Shown: positions 1 through 8,583 of the stretch, piece by piece
Position numbering within the stretch: the first letter of the stretch is position 1
Layout: each line of letters starts with the position of its first letter
Origin: an uncultured euryarchaeote
GTDB taxonomy: Archaea; Thermoplasmatota; Poseidoniia; Poseidoniales; Poseidoniaceae
Assembly (NCBI GenBank): GCA_937899865.1
Contig: CALBRH010000065.1
Coordinates: 31,629 to 95,628 of the forward strand
Length of the DNA stretch: 64,000 bases
Direction of reading: 5' to 3'
Position numbers and translations under genes: made by a program
Notes under the pieces: model-generated
What the model saw: the letters and a program-made list of their open reading frames with translations, nothing else
The model's database searches: none
What the model was told of the DNA's origin: nothing

Positions 1-471
1 GAAGTAAGGGCCAACAGGAGTGACATAGACTAAGAATCGATAAGATGGAGCAGGTGCAACACCTAGAATTGGACCAGAACCCATCAGCAGAGGCCGTACA
101 TACATTGCACCTCTGCCCATTGGCGGCAACCATCTAAGATTTGCTTGTACACATTGTTCAACCGCATCGACAAATATTGATTCTGGTACTGGAGGCATTT
201 TCAATCGATCTGCTCCTCGCTGCATTCGTCGAGCATTTTCTTCAGGTCTAAAGAAAACTACTCGGTTCTTGGATGTACGATAAGCTTTCATTCCTTCGAA
301 TAATCCTTGGCCATAATTCAATACTCCAGCCGCTGGAGAGATTTTCATATCACCATATGGTAATAAATCGCCTGGCATCCATGCATCGTCTATACCGGTT
401 TCAGTGATATACATAGTATCGGTTGGAGTTAGGGAAAAGGTTAGACTATCCCAGTCAATTTCCTCACTCAT
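1..471 (-). CDS. ilvE: Branched-chain amino acid aminotransferase (PLP fold IV), 3' end runs off the window
   Basis: Not in the ORF track. Manual translation from ATG at 471: MSEEIDWDSLTFSLTPTD...LNYGQGLFEGMKAYRT...FRPEENARRM...YVRPLLMGSG. Contains the YGQGLFEGMKAY signature and stays open to base 1. Confidence 0.92.
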   Translation of the reverse strand, partial: MSEEIDWDSLTFSLTPTDTMYITETGIDDAWMPGDLLPYGDMKISPAAGVLNYGQGLFEGMKAYRTSKNRVVFFRPEENARRMQRGADRLKMPPVPESIFVDAVEQCVQANLRWLPPMGRGAMYVRPLLMGSGPILGVAPAPSYRFLVYVTPVGPYF

Positions 472-599
472 GATATACCCTCGGCATTTTTAGCCATAGA
501 AATTCGGCTTTCAATCATTACTGTCAAATGCGACAAGGAAAATTGCCATTTCTCGAGTAAATATCATTACTTATCCTCGACTCGATATTTCTGTTTAGC

Positions 600-1283
600 A
601 TGAATATTGAGCAACTTTCGAGTCAACTTTCGTTGAAACTCGAAGAACTTGGCTTCTCTGCTGCAATACCTATTGCTTTACTCTCTGCTCTACTTTTTAC
701 ACAAGGTTATCGAAGGTTACAAATTGTAACATTGATGGTAGGCGGGGCGATTGGTTATGTGCTTGCACCAGAAATTATTCCGGTTGTAAATGAATTAGGG
801 CTAGCACTAAATCCTCTACAAATTACTGCAATTGTTTGTTTCGCTTTCGGTTTAATACTTTCAACTTCGGTTCTTCTTTCAGCCCGCTTACTTACTTCAG
901 CATTTATTTTCATCACTTTTTCAACTGGAATTGAGACATTGAATAACTATGGTTTTGATGTTGAGCGTAGTGAGTTATGGAGCGGTATTGCCGCATTATT
1001 TGCGTTATTTTTTACGATGGGAATTAACAAAATGCTTCCAGCGGTTTTCTCTGCAATTTTTGCCGCATACGGTTTTGTTATTGCCGGATTATTATTCACT
1101 GGTAATCAATTAACTATCTATGAGCCAGTTGATGTAAAGACCTTTGTCTTGATATTGCCATTAGCGATTTTTTCATTGATGTTACAAAATATGGACAAAG
1201 CAAAACAAGAAGAAAAAGAACTTGCCAAATATGATACAGACCCTAAAACAATTGAAACCCAACAACATTTTTTGAAACTGTAA
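600..1283 (+). CDS. Multi-pass membrane protein (about 7 TM; DUF4203/TM7S3-like, tentative)
   Basis: 227 aa with repeated Gly/Ala-rich hydrophobic segments (MVGGAIGY, FAAYGF) and a short charged C-tail. Confidence 0.6.
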   Translation: MNIEQLSSQLSLKLEELGFSAAIPIALLSALLFTQGYRRLQIVTLMVGGAIGYVLAPEIIPVVNELGLALNPLQITAIVCFAFGLILSTSVLLSARLLTSAFIFITFSTGIETLNNYGFDVERSELWSGIAALFALFFTMGINKMLPAVFSAIFAAYGFVIAGLLFTGNQLTIYEPVDVKTFVLILPLAIFSLMLQNMDKAKQEEKELAKYDTDPKTIETQQHFLKL

Positions 1284-1340
1284 TCAATTGAAACAATTTG
1301 TAGGAAAAATGTTGATAATCTTTCGTACTGTACGAACGAC

Positions 1341-4300
1341 ATGCGCACCGGCCACGTAAAGAGAATAAGAGAGTTAAGAGAAGAAGATGCGGTAAGCCCA
1401 GTTATTGCAACCATATTGATGGTAGCAATTACAGTAGTACTTGCTGGAACATTATACGTTTGGGCAGCAAACCTCGCTGAATCAAATACAGATGGAGATT
1501 TAGATTTGTATACTTTTGATAGTAATGATGCTGCAGGTTCGCCATCTACGGCCGCAGATGACAATCTTGCCATCACTACGATGACCCAAGGTGAAAGCAT
1601 TGGTTGGGCTAGTCTGGCAGTCTCAGTTTCAGTCGATGGTGCAGCAGCAGTACAGTGTGCGCTTCCGGGTCAGACTGATGGCGCCTGCATAGTCGTTGAA
1701 AGCGAAACTAACGATGGTGGCGTTTGGTCAATGGGCGAAGATATTACGATTCAAGAAAATGGAGTTGATTTGTGTAATGCCGCATTATGTGATTTGTCAA
1801 TAACTATCACGAATGTTCGTGCAGGCAAGTCACTTGGAACAACAACAACTGTTAGCGAACAAGGAGGTTCTTTAGTAGCATTGCCAAGAATGGCTACCCA
1901 AACCATAGGTGCAGACGGTGGCTCAATATCTATTCAAGGTGCAACCATTACTATTCCAGCCGGAGCACTTGCAGCTGATACTGAATTGACATTCGAAGCA
2001 TTAACTGCAGCAGATGTTAACGACCAAGATGTTAGTGGCTACGATATCCCAACCACTTTCCTGAAACTCACACCTCATGGTACAACTTTCTCACAACCTG
2101 TTACTGTAACTATCGCAGCAACATCTGGCATGCCAGACAACCCAACAATCTATACCAAGGCTAATGATAACGCAGAGTGGGAAGAATTTAACGACCAAAT
2201 CACCGTCAATACCAATACAATTACTTTCCAGATTTACAGTTTTAGTTACTATTTCGGTACTGATGCAACACCTGATGATGTTCCAAGAATCTCTTACTGG
2301 TGGGGTAAGGTAAACCAACATATTGAGAATGGCCAGTGGACTACTGACCCAGACGGCTCATCCGGTGCAAACTTAGACATGTTACAATATTGTCAAAAGT
2401 GGTATCCAGATACCGTATCAGTAGTTGAACTACCAGAGCGTGAAGCAATCGTATTCTATAATGCTGGTAACAATGGATATTTCCCGACTATCAAGCCAGT
2501 ATTCGAATGTGTACAACCAGATGATGGAACAGGTGGCGGTGGCTCTGGCGGTGGCGATCCAAATGCCTGTTGGGTTTGGGCAGATTGTATGGCTGGGGGG
2601 TATTGCCTGAATGGCGTCTGCGTTTATGACGACCAAGATATGGATGGTATACCAGATGACCAAGACAACTGTCCAACCAACGCTAATGCTGACCAAGCAA
2701 ACGCAGATGGTGATGTGTATGGAGATGCCTGTGATGCATATCCAAATACCAATTTTGATCCAGACGATCCTTGTACTAGCGAATTCAATCCTGTGTGTGG
2801 TATTGACGGAAATACCTATGGTAATCCATGCGAAGCAATGAAAGCTAATGTTCAAGTTGATTACAACGGACAATGTGGCAACTGCGTTCCAGATTGCGCA
2901 GGTTGTGAATGTGGCGATGATGGCTGTGGCGGTAGTTGTGGAACTTGTTCAAATGGAGAAATATGTAACTATAACCAGATTTGCGTAGAATGTACTTCTG
3001 ATGCAGTTTGTCCATCAGGTACTCCTCTATGTAATCCGACTGGTGAATGTGTAGAGTGCACAAGCAATGCTTGGTGCGCTACTGGTTATTGTGTTGATTA
3101 TGAATGTGTGGATTGCATGACTGATGCAGACTGTCCATCAGGCATGATGTGTGATGGTAATGGCGAGTGTGGCACAGGCTATTCTCCTACTCATTACATC
3201 GACATCGAAAATATGGAATTTGGTGATAGTGTTGATGCCATGCTCGCCACAGATGTGGCTTGGGGAGACGTTGATGGTGATGGCGACCTTGATTTGGCTA
3301 TTAGTGGCGATGGCTCTGATGGTTCTAAGACGAAATTATACATTAATGACGGAACCACTCTATCTACTACGCCAATTTGGGAAATCGGTGGTACCTCAAG
3401 TGAATCGTTCTATGGATTAGATTGGGGTGATTTGGATGGTGATGGTGATTTAGACCTTGCATTAGCGAATTCCCAAGGTTCAAACCAAGTCTACCTAAAT
3501 ACTGGAACAACGCTCGATACAACTCCTGCATGGTCGAACAATGGTCCTTCCTTCGACGTTAAATGGGGAGACATCGATGGTGATGGAGATCTGGACTTAG
3601 CGTTTGCTAATATTGCTGGTCCAGATGAAGTGTTTTTGAACAATGGCAATAGTCTATCATCAACACCATATTGGACAAGTCCAACTAATGGTGGGTCAAT
3701 GGAAATCGAGTGGGGCGACCTTAATGGAGACGGTGCGCTTGATTTAGTAGTTGGATATTCGAATCTTGCCACTGAGATTTTCTACAACCTTGGTACTACA
3801 TTAGATACTAATGTTGGTTGGACACCGAACATTGCATATGATTCTTTTAACGTTGAATTAGGAGATATTGACGGCGATGGAGATTTAGACATCGTATTAG
3901 GCCATAATTCTGGTAAAATTACCATGCACAAAAACTTAGGCAGTTCAATCGATACTAATCCAGCATGGACATATCAACACGGTTCCAGCATAGCCGTTTA
4001 TTGGGCACTTGACTTATCCTCCGATGGGAAATTATTGACTGGCGGATATTCGGTCGGCATAGTCGAGATATTCGAACCAGATATGATGCAACACGGAAAC
4101 CAAATTTGGGGTAACTCACCTGATATACAAATCCAAGATGGCAATACTACATATGGCATGGCTTGGGCTGATATTGATGGTGATAGCGACTTAGATTTTG
4201 CAATGGCTCGCAATACAGGCGGTAATCAATTGGCACCAGAGATATATATATTCACACAAATAAACTACAACACAAATGAAGTGGGTTATGTTGGTAGCTG

Positions 4301-4532
4301 GTCAAACACAATAATCATTTCTGGTTCTGACACAATTGTTTGGATGAATCTAGATTCCGTCACTCATAGTGTAAAGGAAGGCACTCCGACAGGTAGCCCG
4401 CTTTTCTATTCAGGTGATTTAACAAATGGTCAAACATACTCATGGACATTTTCAGAATCACAAAGTAGGGTTATCACTTACATTTGTTTGCAGCATAATT
4501 CTATGATTGGTACTATCATCATTAGTATTTGA
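1341..4532 (+). CDS. Archaeal type IV pilin N-terminal (class III signal peptide) protein fused to ZU5-like, TSP3, Kazal, Cys-rich, FG-GAP and cupredoxin domains
   Basis: REEDA|VSPVIATILMVAITVVLAG; TIGADGGSI...TITIPAGAL; DQDMDGIPDDQDNCP; CTSEFNPVCGIDGNTYGNPC; repeated WGDxDGDGDLDL; THSV...YICLQHNSMIG. Confidence 0.85.
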   Translation: MRTGHVKRIRELREEDAVSPVIATILMVAITVVLAGTLYVWAANLAESNTDGDLDLYTFDSNDAAGSPSTAADDNLAITTMTQGESIGWASLAVSVSVDGAAAVQCALPGQTDGACIVVESETNDGGVWSMGEDITIQENGVDLCNAALCDLSITITNVRAGKSLGTTTTVSEQGGSLVALPRMATQTIGADGGSISIQGATITIPAGALAADTELTFEALTAADVNDQDVSGYDIPTTFLKLTPHGTTFSQPVTVTIAATSGMPDNPTIYTKANDNAEWEEFNDQITVNTNTITFQIYSFSYYFGTDATPDDVPRISYWWGKVNQHIENGQWTTDPDGSSGANLDMLQYCQKWYPDTVSVVELPEREAIVFYNAGNNGYFPTIKPVFECVQPDDGTGGGGSGGGDPNACWVWADCMAGGYCLNGVCVYDDQDMDGIPDDQDNCPTNANADQANADGDVYGDACDAYPNTNFDPDDPCTSEFNPVCGIDGNTYGNPCEAMKANVQVDYNGQCGNCVPDCAGCECGDDGCGGSCGTCSNGEICNYNQICVECTSDAVCPSGTPLCNPTGECVECTSNAWCATGYCVDYECVDCMTDADCPSGMMCDGNGECGTGYSPTHYIDIENMEFGDSVDAMLATDVAWGDVDGDGDLDLAISGDGSDGSKTKLYINDGTTLSTTPIWEIGGTSSESFYGLDWGDLDGDGDLDLALANSQGSNQVYLNTGTTLDTTPAWSNNGPSFDVKWGDIDGDGDLDLAFANIAGPDEVFLNNGNSLSSTPYWTSPTNGGSMEIEWGDLNGDGALDLVVGYSNLATEIFYNLGTTLDTNVGWTPNIAYDSFNVELGDIDGDGDLDIVLGHNSGKITMHKNLGSSIDTNPAWTYQHGSSIAVYWALDLSSDGKLLTGGYSVGIVEIFEPDMMQHGNQIWGNSPDIQIQDGNTTYGMAWADIDGDSDLDFAMARNTGGNQLAPEIYIFTQINYNTNEVGYVGSWSNTIIISGSDTIVWMNLDSVTHSVKEGTPTGSPLFYSGDLTNGQTYSWTFSESQSRVITYICLQHNSMIGTIIISI
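3250..4205 (+). repeat. FG-GAP/VCBS-type coding repeats (WGDxDGDGDLDL, about 6 copies)
   Basis: Recurrent GATGGTGATGG(C/A/T)GA(C/T) units spaced about 140 bp apart inside the 1341..4532 ORF. Confidence 0.85.
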
Positions 4533-4597
4533 GACTAATTATGAATCAATACGAAGGGCAATAACAGGGCTGTGCCCTGTAGTGTTTGGGCAGAGCC

Positions 4598-7279
4598 ATG
4601 CAGTTCGACGGCAGACTCGGGATAATCAGTGGACGGTACCACTCTCTCGATGGTTCTGAAGGTGTCAAAGAGCACCAAACAATCCTCGAAGTATTTGGCC
4701 GTTGTGAAGATGGCCGTTCGATTTGTCTGCTCATCAAAGGTTTACAGCCGAGTTTTGAAATTTCTCCATTACTTGCCTGGAAAGTAGGTCAAGAAATACC
4801 TCAACATACTAAAGATTCAATTCAGAAGATAGCTGAAAAGGAAGATGTTGTCAAGATTGAAGGTCCAACAATGAAACTCACCGATCTCGGCATGCGACCA
4901 ATTTGGCAGGTCACTACGCGCCAACCATATGTGGTGCCAAACTTGCGTAAATCGCTAGAAAAGCAGGGCTGGGGTGTTTACTCTGGCGACATTCCGTTTC
5001 TCAATCGGCTATTCTTAGATTTGGATTTGAGTATGCATATCCACGCTAAGGGTAAGATAATCGATACCATTGATGCACCCAATAATGACATGCAGCAAAC
5101 TATCAAAGTGCGGGCTGCTGGTGGTGCCGGGCGCTACAGTGTTGACATAACTGTGGCCTGTACAATCGATGACTTATCCGATACTGATGCATTTCAAGTG
5201 CCGTTCAAGGTATTCTCATTTGACCTCGAAACCAGTATCAAAGATGAATCAGTCTTATGTGCTGCAGCATGGATTGAAGATATGGGGACTGGAATCCGAC
5301 AGAAGTACGCACTGGAAGGTGAAGAAGGACATATTTTGGAGCAACTGACCCTTATTGTTCGCTCTCAAGACCCTGACATAATCACCGGTTATAACATTGA
5401 TAATTTCGACTTACCAAGGCTTAAAGACAGGGCTGATGAACTCAGTAAAAGAGGTGGCTGGCGTCGTAAAGCCGCCTTATTTGGCTGGGGTAGGGTAGAG
5501 CAATCCGAGCAAGAAATCAAGCGTACTCGAACCGGACTAATACCTCGTCGGCAAAGCAATCGTGCTTGGAATTTGGCTGGAAGAAGCGTAGTCGATGCTT
5601 GGTGGCAAACTCGTATGACCATTAGGCCACAGCGTGAAACCCTGTCCTATGTGGCAAAGTTACTATTTCCAGATGATGAAGATAGACACAAAATGGATGT
5701 TGATGCTTCAAAGATGGATGAGGAATGGGCGGCACGACCAGATGTTGTGATGGAATATTGTATTCGAGATGCAGAATTGCCGTTAGATATTCTTGAAGAA
5801 TTACAAGTGATTAGACGAAAGGAAGCAACTGCAGCAGTTGCAAAAGTTAGTTTTGATACTGCGGCAAATGGTAGTTCAAGCCAACTGGTTGATTCCTTGA
5901 TAATCCGACTAGCAGATAACGAAAATGTTGCTGTACCTCTTACCGGTTCGGCAGAACCAAAGGAAGGACAAATCACTGGCGGTTATGTTCACGATGTTGA
6001 TGCTGGACTGCATCCATGGATTGCTGTTCTGGATTTCAAAAGTATGTATCCGTCAATCATGATTGGTAGTAACGTCTGCTATACGACAAGAATAGATCCA
6101 ATTCAATCAGACCAACCAGCAGAGGATGAGCCTGTTCACGTTGCACCAACAGGTGCTAGGTTCCGTCATCAAAGTGTTCGCAAAGGCTTGGTGCCGAACC
6201 TACTTGAAAATTTGATGGCGCAACGTGATGTTCACAAGAGCGCTCTCAAGCAAGCTAAGCAAGACAAGGATTCAGCAGGAATAATGTTTCATGATTCGAT
6301 GCAATATGCGGTTAAAATTCTCATGAATACTTTCTATGGAGTCTTTGCTAGTGGTTTTTATCGCTTTACCCATCGCGATTTGGGCTCTTCAATTACCGCT
6401 TGGGCACGCTTCAATATCAAAGATATAATCGCGCAATTAGAAGCCGAGGGACACCATGTAGTCTACTCTGACACAGATTCAATTTTTGTTCGCTCACCAG
6501 TACCAGAGGGCTCACCGTCAACCATTAGACCGGATGAGCAAGATGCAGCAGACGCTGGTGATGAGACTGCATTGGCTAAAGTTGAAGCCTGGCATATAGC
6601 CAAGCAGAGTATGATTGATTTCGGCATAGAAATTGCTGAGCGATATAGTAAGGACTCTGCGGTATTAGAGTATGAAAAAGGCTTGTCAGTATTCTTTTCT
6701 CATGGTGCTAAAAAGCGCTATGTCGGGCAAGTGGTCTATCCTAGCGAAGAGATGTTAATTCGTGGGTATGAGACTCAGAGGACTGACTCGTTTGCTTATC
6801 TAACCAAGACCATGAAGGAATTATTCACCTTTGCTTTGGCAGATCAAGAGGCAGAATTAGTCAAATGTGCATTGGAACGAGTCAAAGCACTAAGAAATAA
6901 CGAAGTTGACCCAACCGAGTTAATTTTGGCTAAATCATGTAAGGGGACGGTAAGAAAAGACGGTAGTGTTGATTTTTCCAAGGCTTATGCCAATCCAGAT
7001 AGTATGGCACAGGTAAGAGTTGCTAGGGCAAGAATTGAACTCGGACTTGGCTTTACCTCAGGTATGAAAGTCTCCTATGTGGTGACCGATGCCTCACGTT
7101 CACCGATGGTAGTAGAGCCTTGGTTAGAATCAGAAGAAGATGGTGGAATTTCTGAATATGATGGTAAGTTCTACGCTGAGCGTTTAGCGGCTGCATTGGG
7201 CCGAATTACCGAAGCATTTGGCTGGAATGCCAAGGAATTGCTAGCAGGAAACAAGCAGAGTTCACTATTTTCCTTTTAA
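4598..7279 (+). CDS. polB: Family B DNA polymerase with 3'-5' exonuclease and C-terminal PIP box
   Basis: ExoI FDLETS, ExoII GYNIDNFD, ExoIII YCIRDA, DFKSMYPSIM, QYAVKILMNTFYG, YSDTDS, C-terminal QSSLFSF. ATG 4598 preferred over the track start 4586. Confidence 0.95.
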   Translation: MQFDGRLGIISGRYHSLDGSEGVKEHQTILEVFGRCEDGRSICLLIKGLQPSFEISPLLAWKVGQEIPQHTKDSIQKIAEKEDVVKIEGPTMKLTDLGMRPIWQVTTRQPYVVPNLRKSLEKQGWGVYSGDIPFLNRLFLDLDLSMHIHAKGKIIDTIDAPNNDMQQTIKVRAAGGAGRYSVDITVACTIDDLSDTDAFQVPFKVFSFDLETSIKDESVLCAAAWIEDMGTGIRQKYALEGEEGHILEQLTLIVRSQDPDIITGYNIDNFDLPRLKDRADELSKRGGWRRKAALFGWGRVEQSEQEIKRTRTGLIPRRQSNRAWNLAGRSVVDAWWQTRMTIRPQRETLSYVAKLLFPDDEDRHKMDVDASKMDEEWAARPDVVMEYCIRDAELPLDILEELQVIRRKEATAAVAKVSFDTAANGSSSQLVDSLIIRLADNENVAVPLTGSAEPKEGQITGGYVHDVDAGLHPWIAVLDFKSMYPSIMIGSNVCYTTRIDPIQSDQPAEDEPVHVAPTGARFRHQSVRKGLVPNLLENLMAQRDVHKSALKQAKQDKDSAGIMFHDSMQYAVKILMNTFYGVFASGFYRFTHRDLGSSITAWARFNIKDIIAQLEAEGHHVVYSDTDSIFVRSPVPEGSPSTIRPDEQDAADAGDETALAKVEAWHIAKQSMIDFGIEIAERYSKDSAVLEYEKGLSVFFSHGAKKRYVGQVVYPSEEMLIRGYETQRTDSFAYLTKTMKELFTFALADQEAELVKCALERVKALRNNEVDPTELILAKSCKGTVRKDGSVDFSKAYANPDSMAQVRVARARIELGLGFTSGMKVSYVVTDASRSPMVVEPWLESEEDGGISEYDGKFYAERLAAALGRITEAFGWNAKELLAGNKQSSLFSF

Positions 7280-7331
7280 TTGGCGCAATTCGTGGAAGCA
7301 CTTTTGATGGATAAACTCCCCAGTCCAACCG

Positions 7332-8534
7332 ATGAAGTCCACATATCAGCCCCTGATGATTGTGCTATTAATGGTCTGTGCTAGCCTATCTGGCTGTATA
7401 TTTTCGAGTGATGAAGACAGTGAAGTAAAGGTTACTGCGGTGTTTGATTACTCGCCAAAAAACGATATTCGGACCGGCGATAGTGTTGATTTAGATGCAT
7501 CAAGTTCACTGCCACAAGATGGTTCGCTAACCTATAGTTGGGATTGTGATGGCGATGGTGCTACAGACAAGACCGGACAACAGGTATCTTGTAGTTGGGA
7601 GCTTGAAGGCACATATACCGTTACATTGACTGTAGTTTCAGGTACTAAGAGCAGTTCACAAAGCAAAGATATTACCGTTTCTGAAGCCCCTGTTGGCTCT
7701 CCTACTGCTGAAATCACTCAATATACCGATGAAGAAGACTGTCTATACGATGAGATAGATAATACTCGAGATATTGAGCTATGGATTTGTGCGATGGACA
7801 AAGATCCGGGCTCTGATAGAGAAATACAAGATACCAGAGATGTAATGCTCGATGCTGTTGACTCGGATGCTGGCGGCGATGACCAATATATTACTGAGTT
7901 CAACTGGGACCTTGACTTAGAGGTTGATTCTGATGGTGATGGCAACACAGAGAATGATGCAGACCTAACCGGTGAATCAGTCGAATGGAAAGATGTTGCA
8001 CCTGGAGAATATCAAATCAATCTCTCAGTAGTAAATAGTGCAGGTAAGATGGACGGAGATAAAATCAAAGTTTATGTCTCATTTTATGGCCATTGGTCAG
8101 ATAGCGATTGGCAAATCTCTGGTGGTAATTCCAACGACCCAGAAGAGATTAGATTTGACATGCCGGTTGTTTATGATAAAGACCAAGGTAATACTATTAG
8201 GAAAGTCGAATTGATTTTGACTTATCCACAAATTGATGATGACTGCCAAGATGTTACTCCTGGTGAAGGCAATAACTGTCGTAATAAATTGGACATATAT
8301 GCTTACAATGAAGAGGATGAAGAGGCAAGAAATACTAGTGAGACTCCATTAGAAAATCGTGATTATGATGATTGCGATGATGATAACGATTGTTTACAAT
8401 TATTGCTTAGCTCATACATGTTTACTGAAACCGAATCGACATTCGGTGATGGAGAGTGGGTTGTAGCGATTCACAATGAGAAGTTAAATGACCAAAAAAT
8501 CGAATCATTTGTTATTATTCTACATTACAAGTGA
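7332..8534 (+). CDS. Acidic secreted lipoprotein with PKD-like domains
   Basis: Signal ending LSGC (lipobox); FDYSP...LDASSS...YSWDCDGDG...W...GTYTVTLTV; second PKD-like unit FNWDLD...GEYQINLSV. Confidence 0.75.
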   Translation: MKSTYQPLMIVLLMVCASLSGCIFSSDEDSEVKVTAVFDYSPKNDIRTGDSVDLDASSSLPQDGSLTYSWDCDGDGATDKTGQQVSCSWELEGTYTVTLTVVSGTKSSSQSKDITVSEAPVGSPTAEITQYTDEEDCLYDEIDNTRDIELWICAMDKDPGSDREIQDTRDVMLDAVDSDAGGDDQYITEFNWDLDLEVDSDGDGNTENDADLTGESVEWKDVAPGEYQINLSVVNSAGKMDGDKIKVYVSFYGHWSDSDWQISGGNSNDPEEIRFDMPVVYDKDQGNTIRKVELILTYPQIDDDCQDVTPGEGNNCRNKLDIYAYNEEDEEARNTSETPLENRDYDDCDDDNDCLQLLLSSYMFTETESTFGDGEWVVAIHNEKLNDQKIESFVIILHYK

Positions 8535-8542
8535 TTTTTTTT
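8535..8542 (+). terminator. Oligo-T tract, candidate archaeal intrinsic terminator
   Basis: T8 immediately after the TGA of 7332..8534. Confidence 0.45.
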
Positions 8543-8583
8543 GTTATAGAAAGCCCTTTGATGGGTAGCCATGAGGATTAACC

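Noticed and set aside
2430-2873. 147-aa antisense ORF inside the adhesin gene
   Set aside because: An Ile/Val/Ser-rich mirror of Asp/Asn-rich sense codons; no motif or SD.
4598-7279. Intein in PolB (or in aIF5B/UvrB)
   Set aside because: No C/S...HN-C/S/T splice junctions or LAGLIDADG motifs; the insertions are short.
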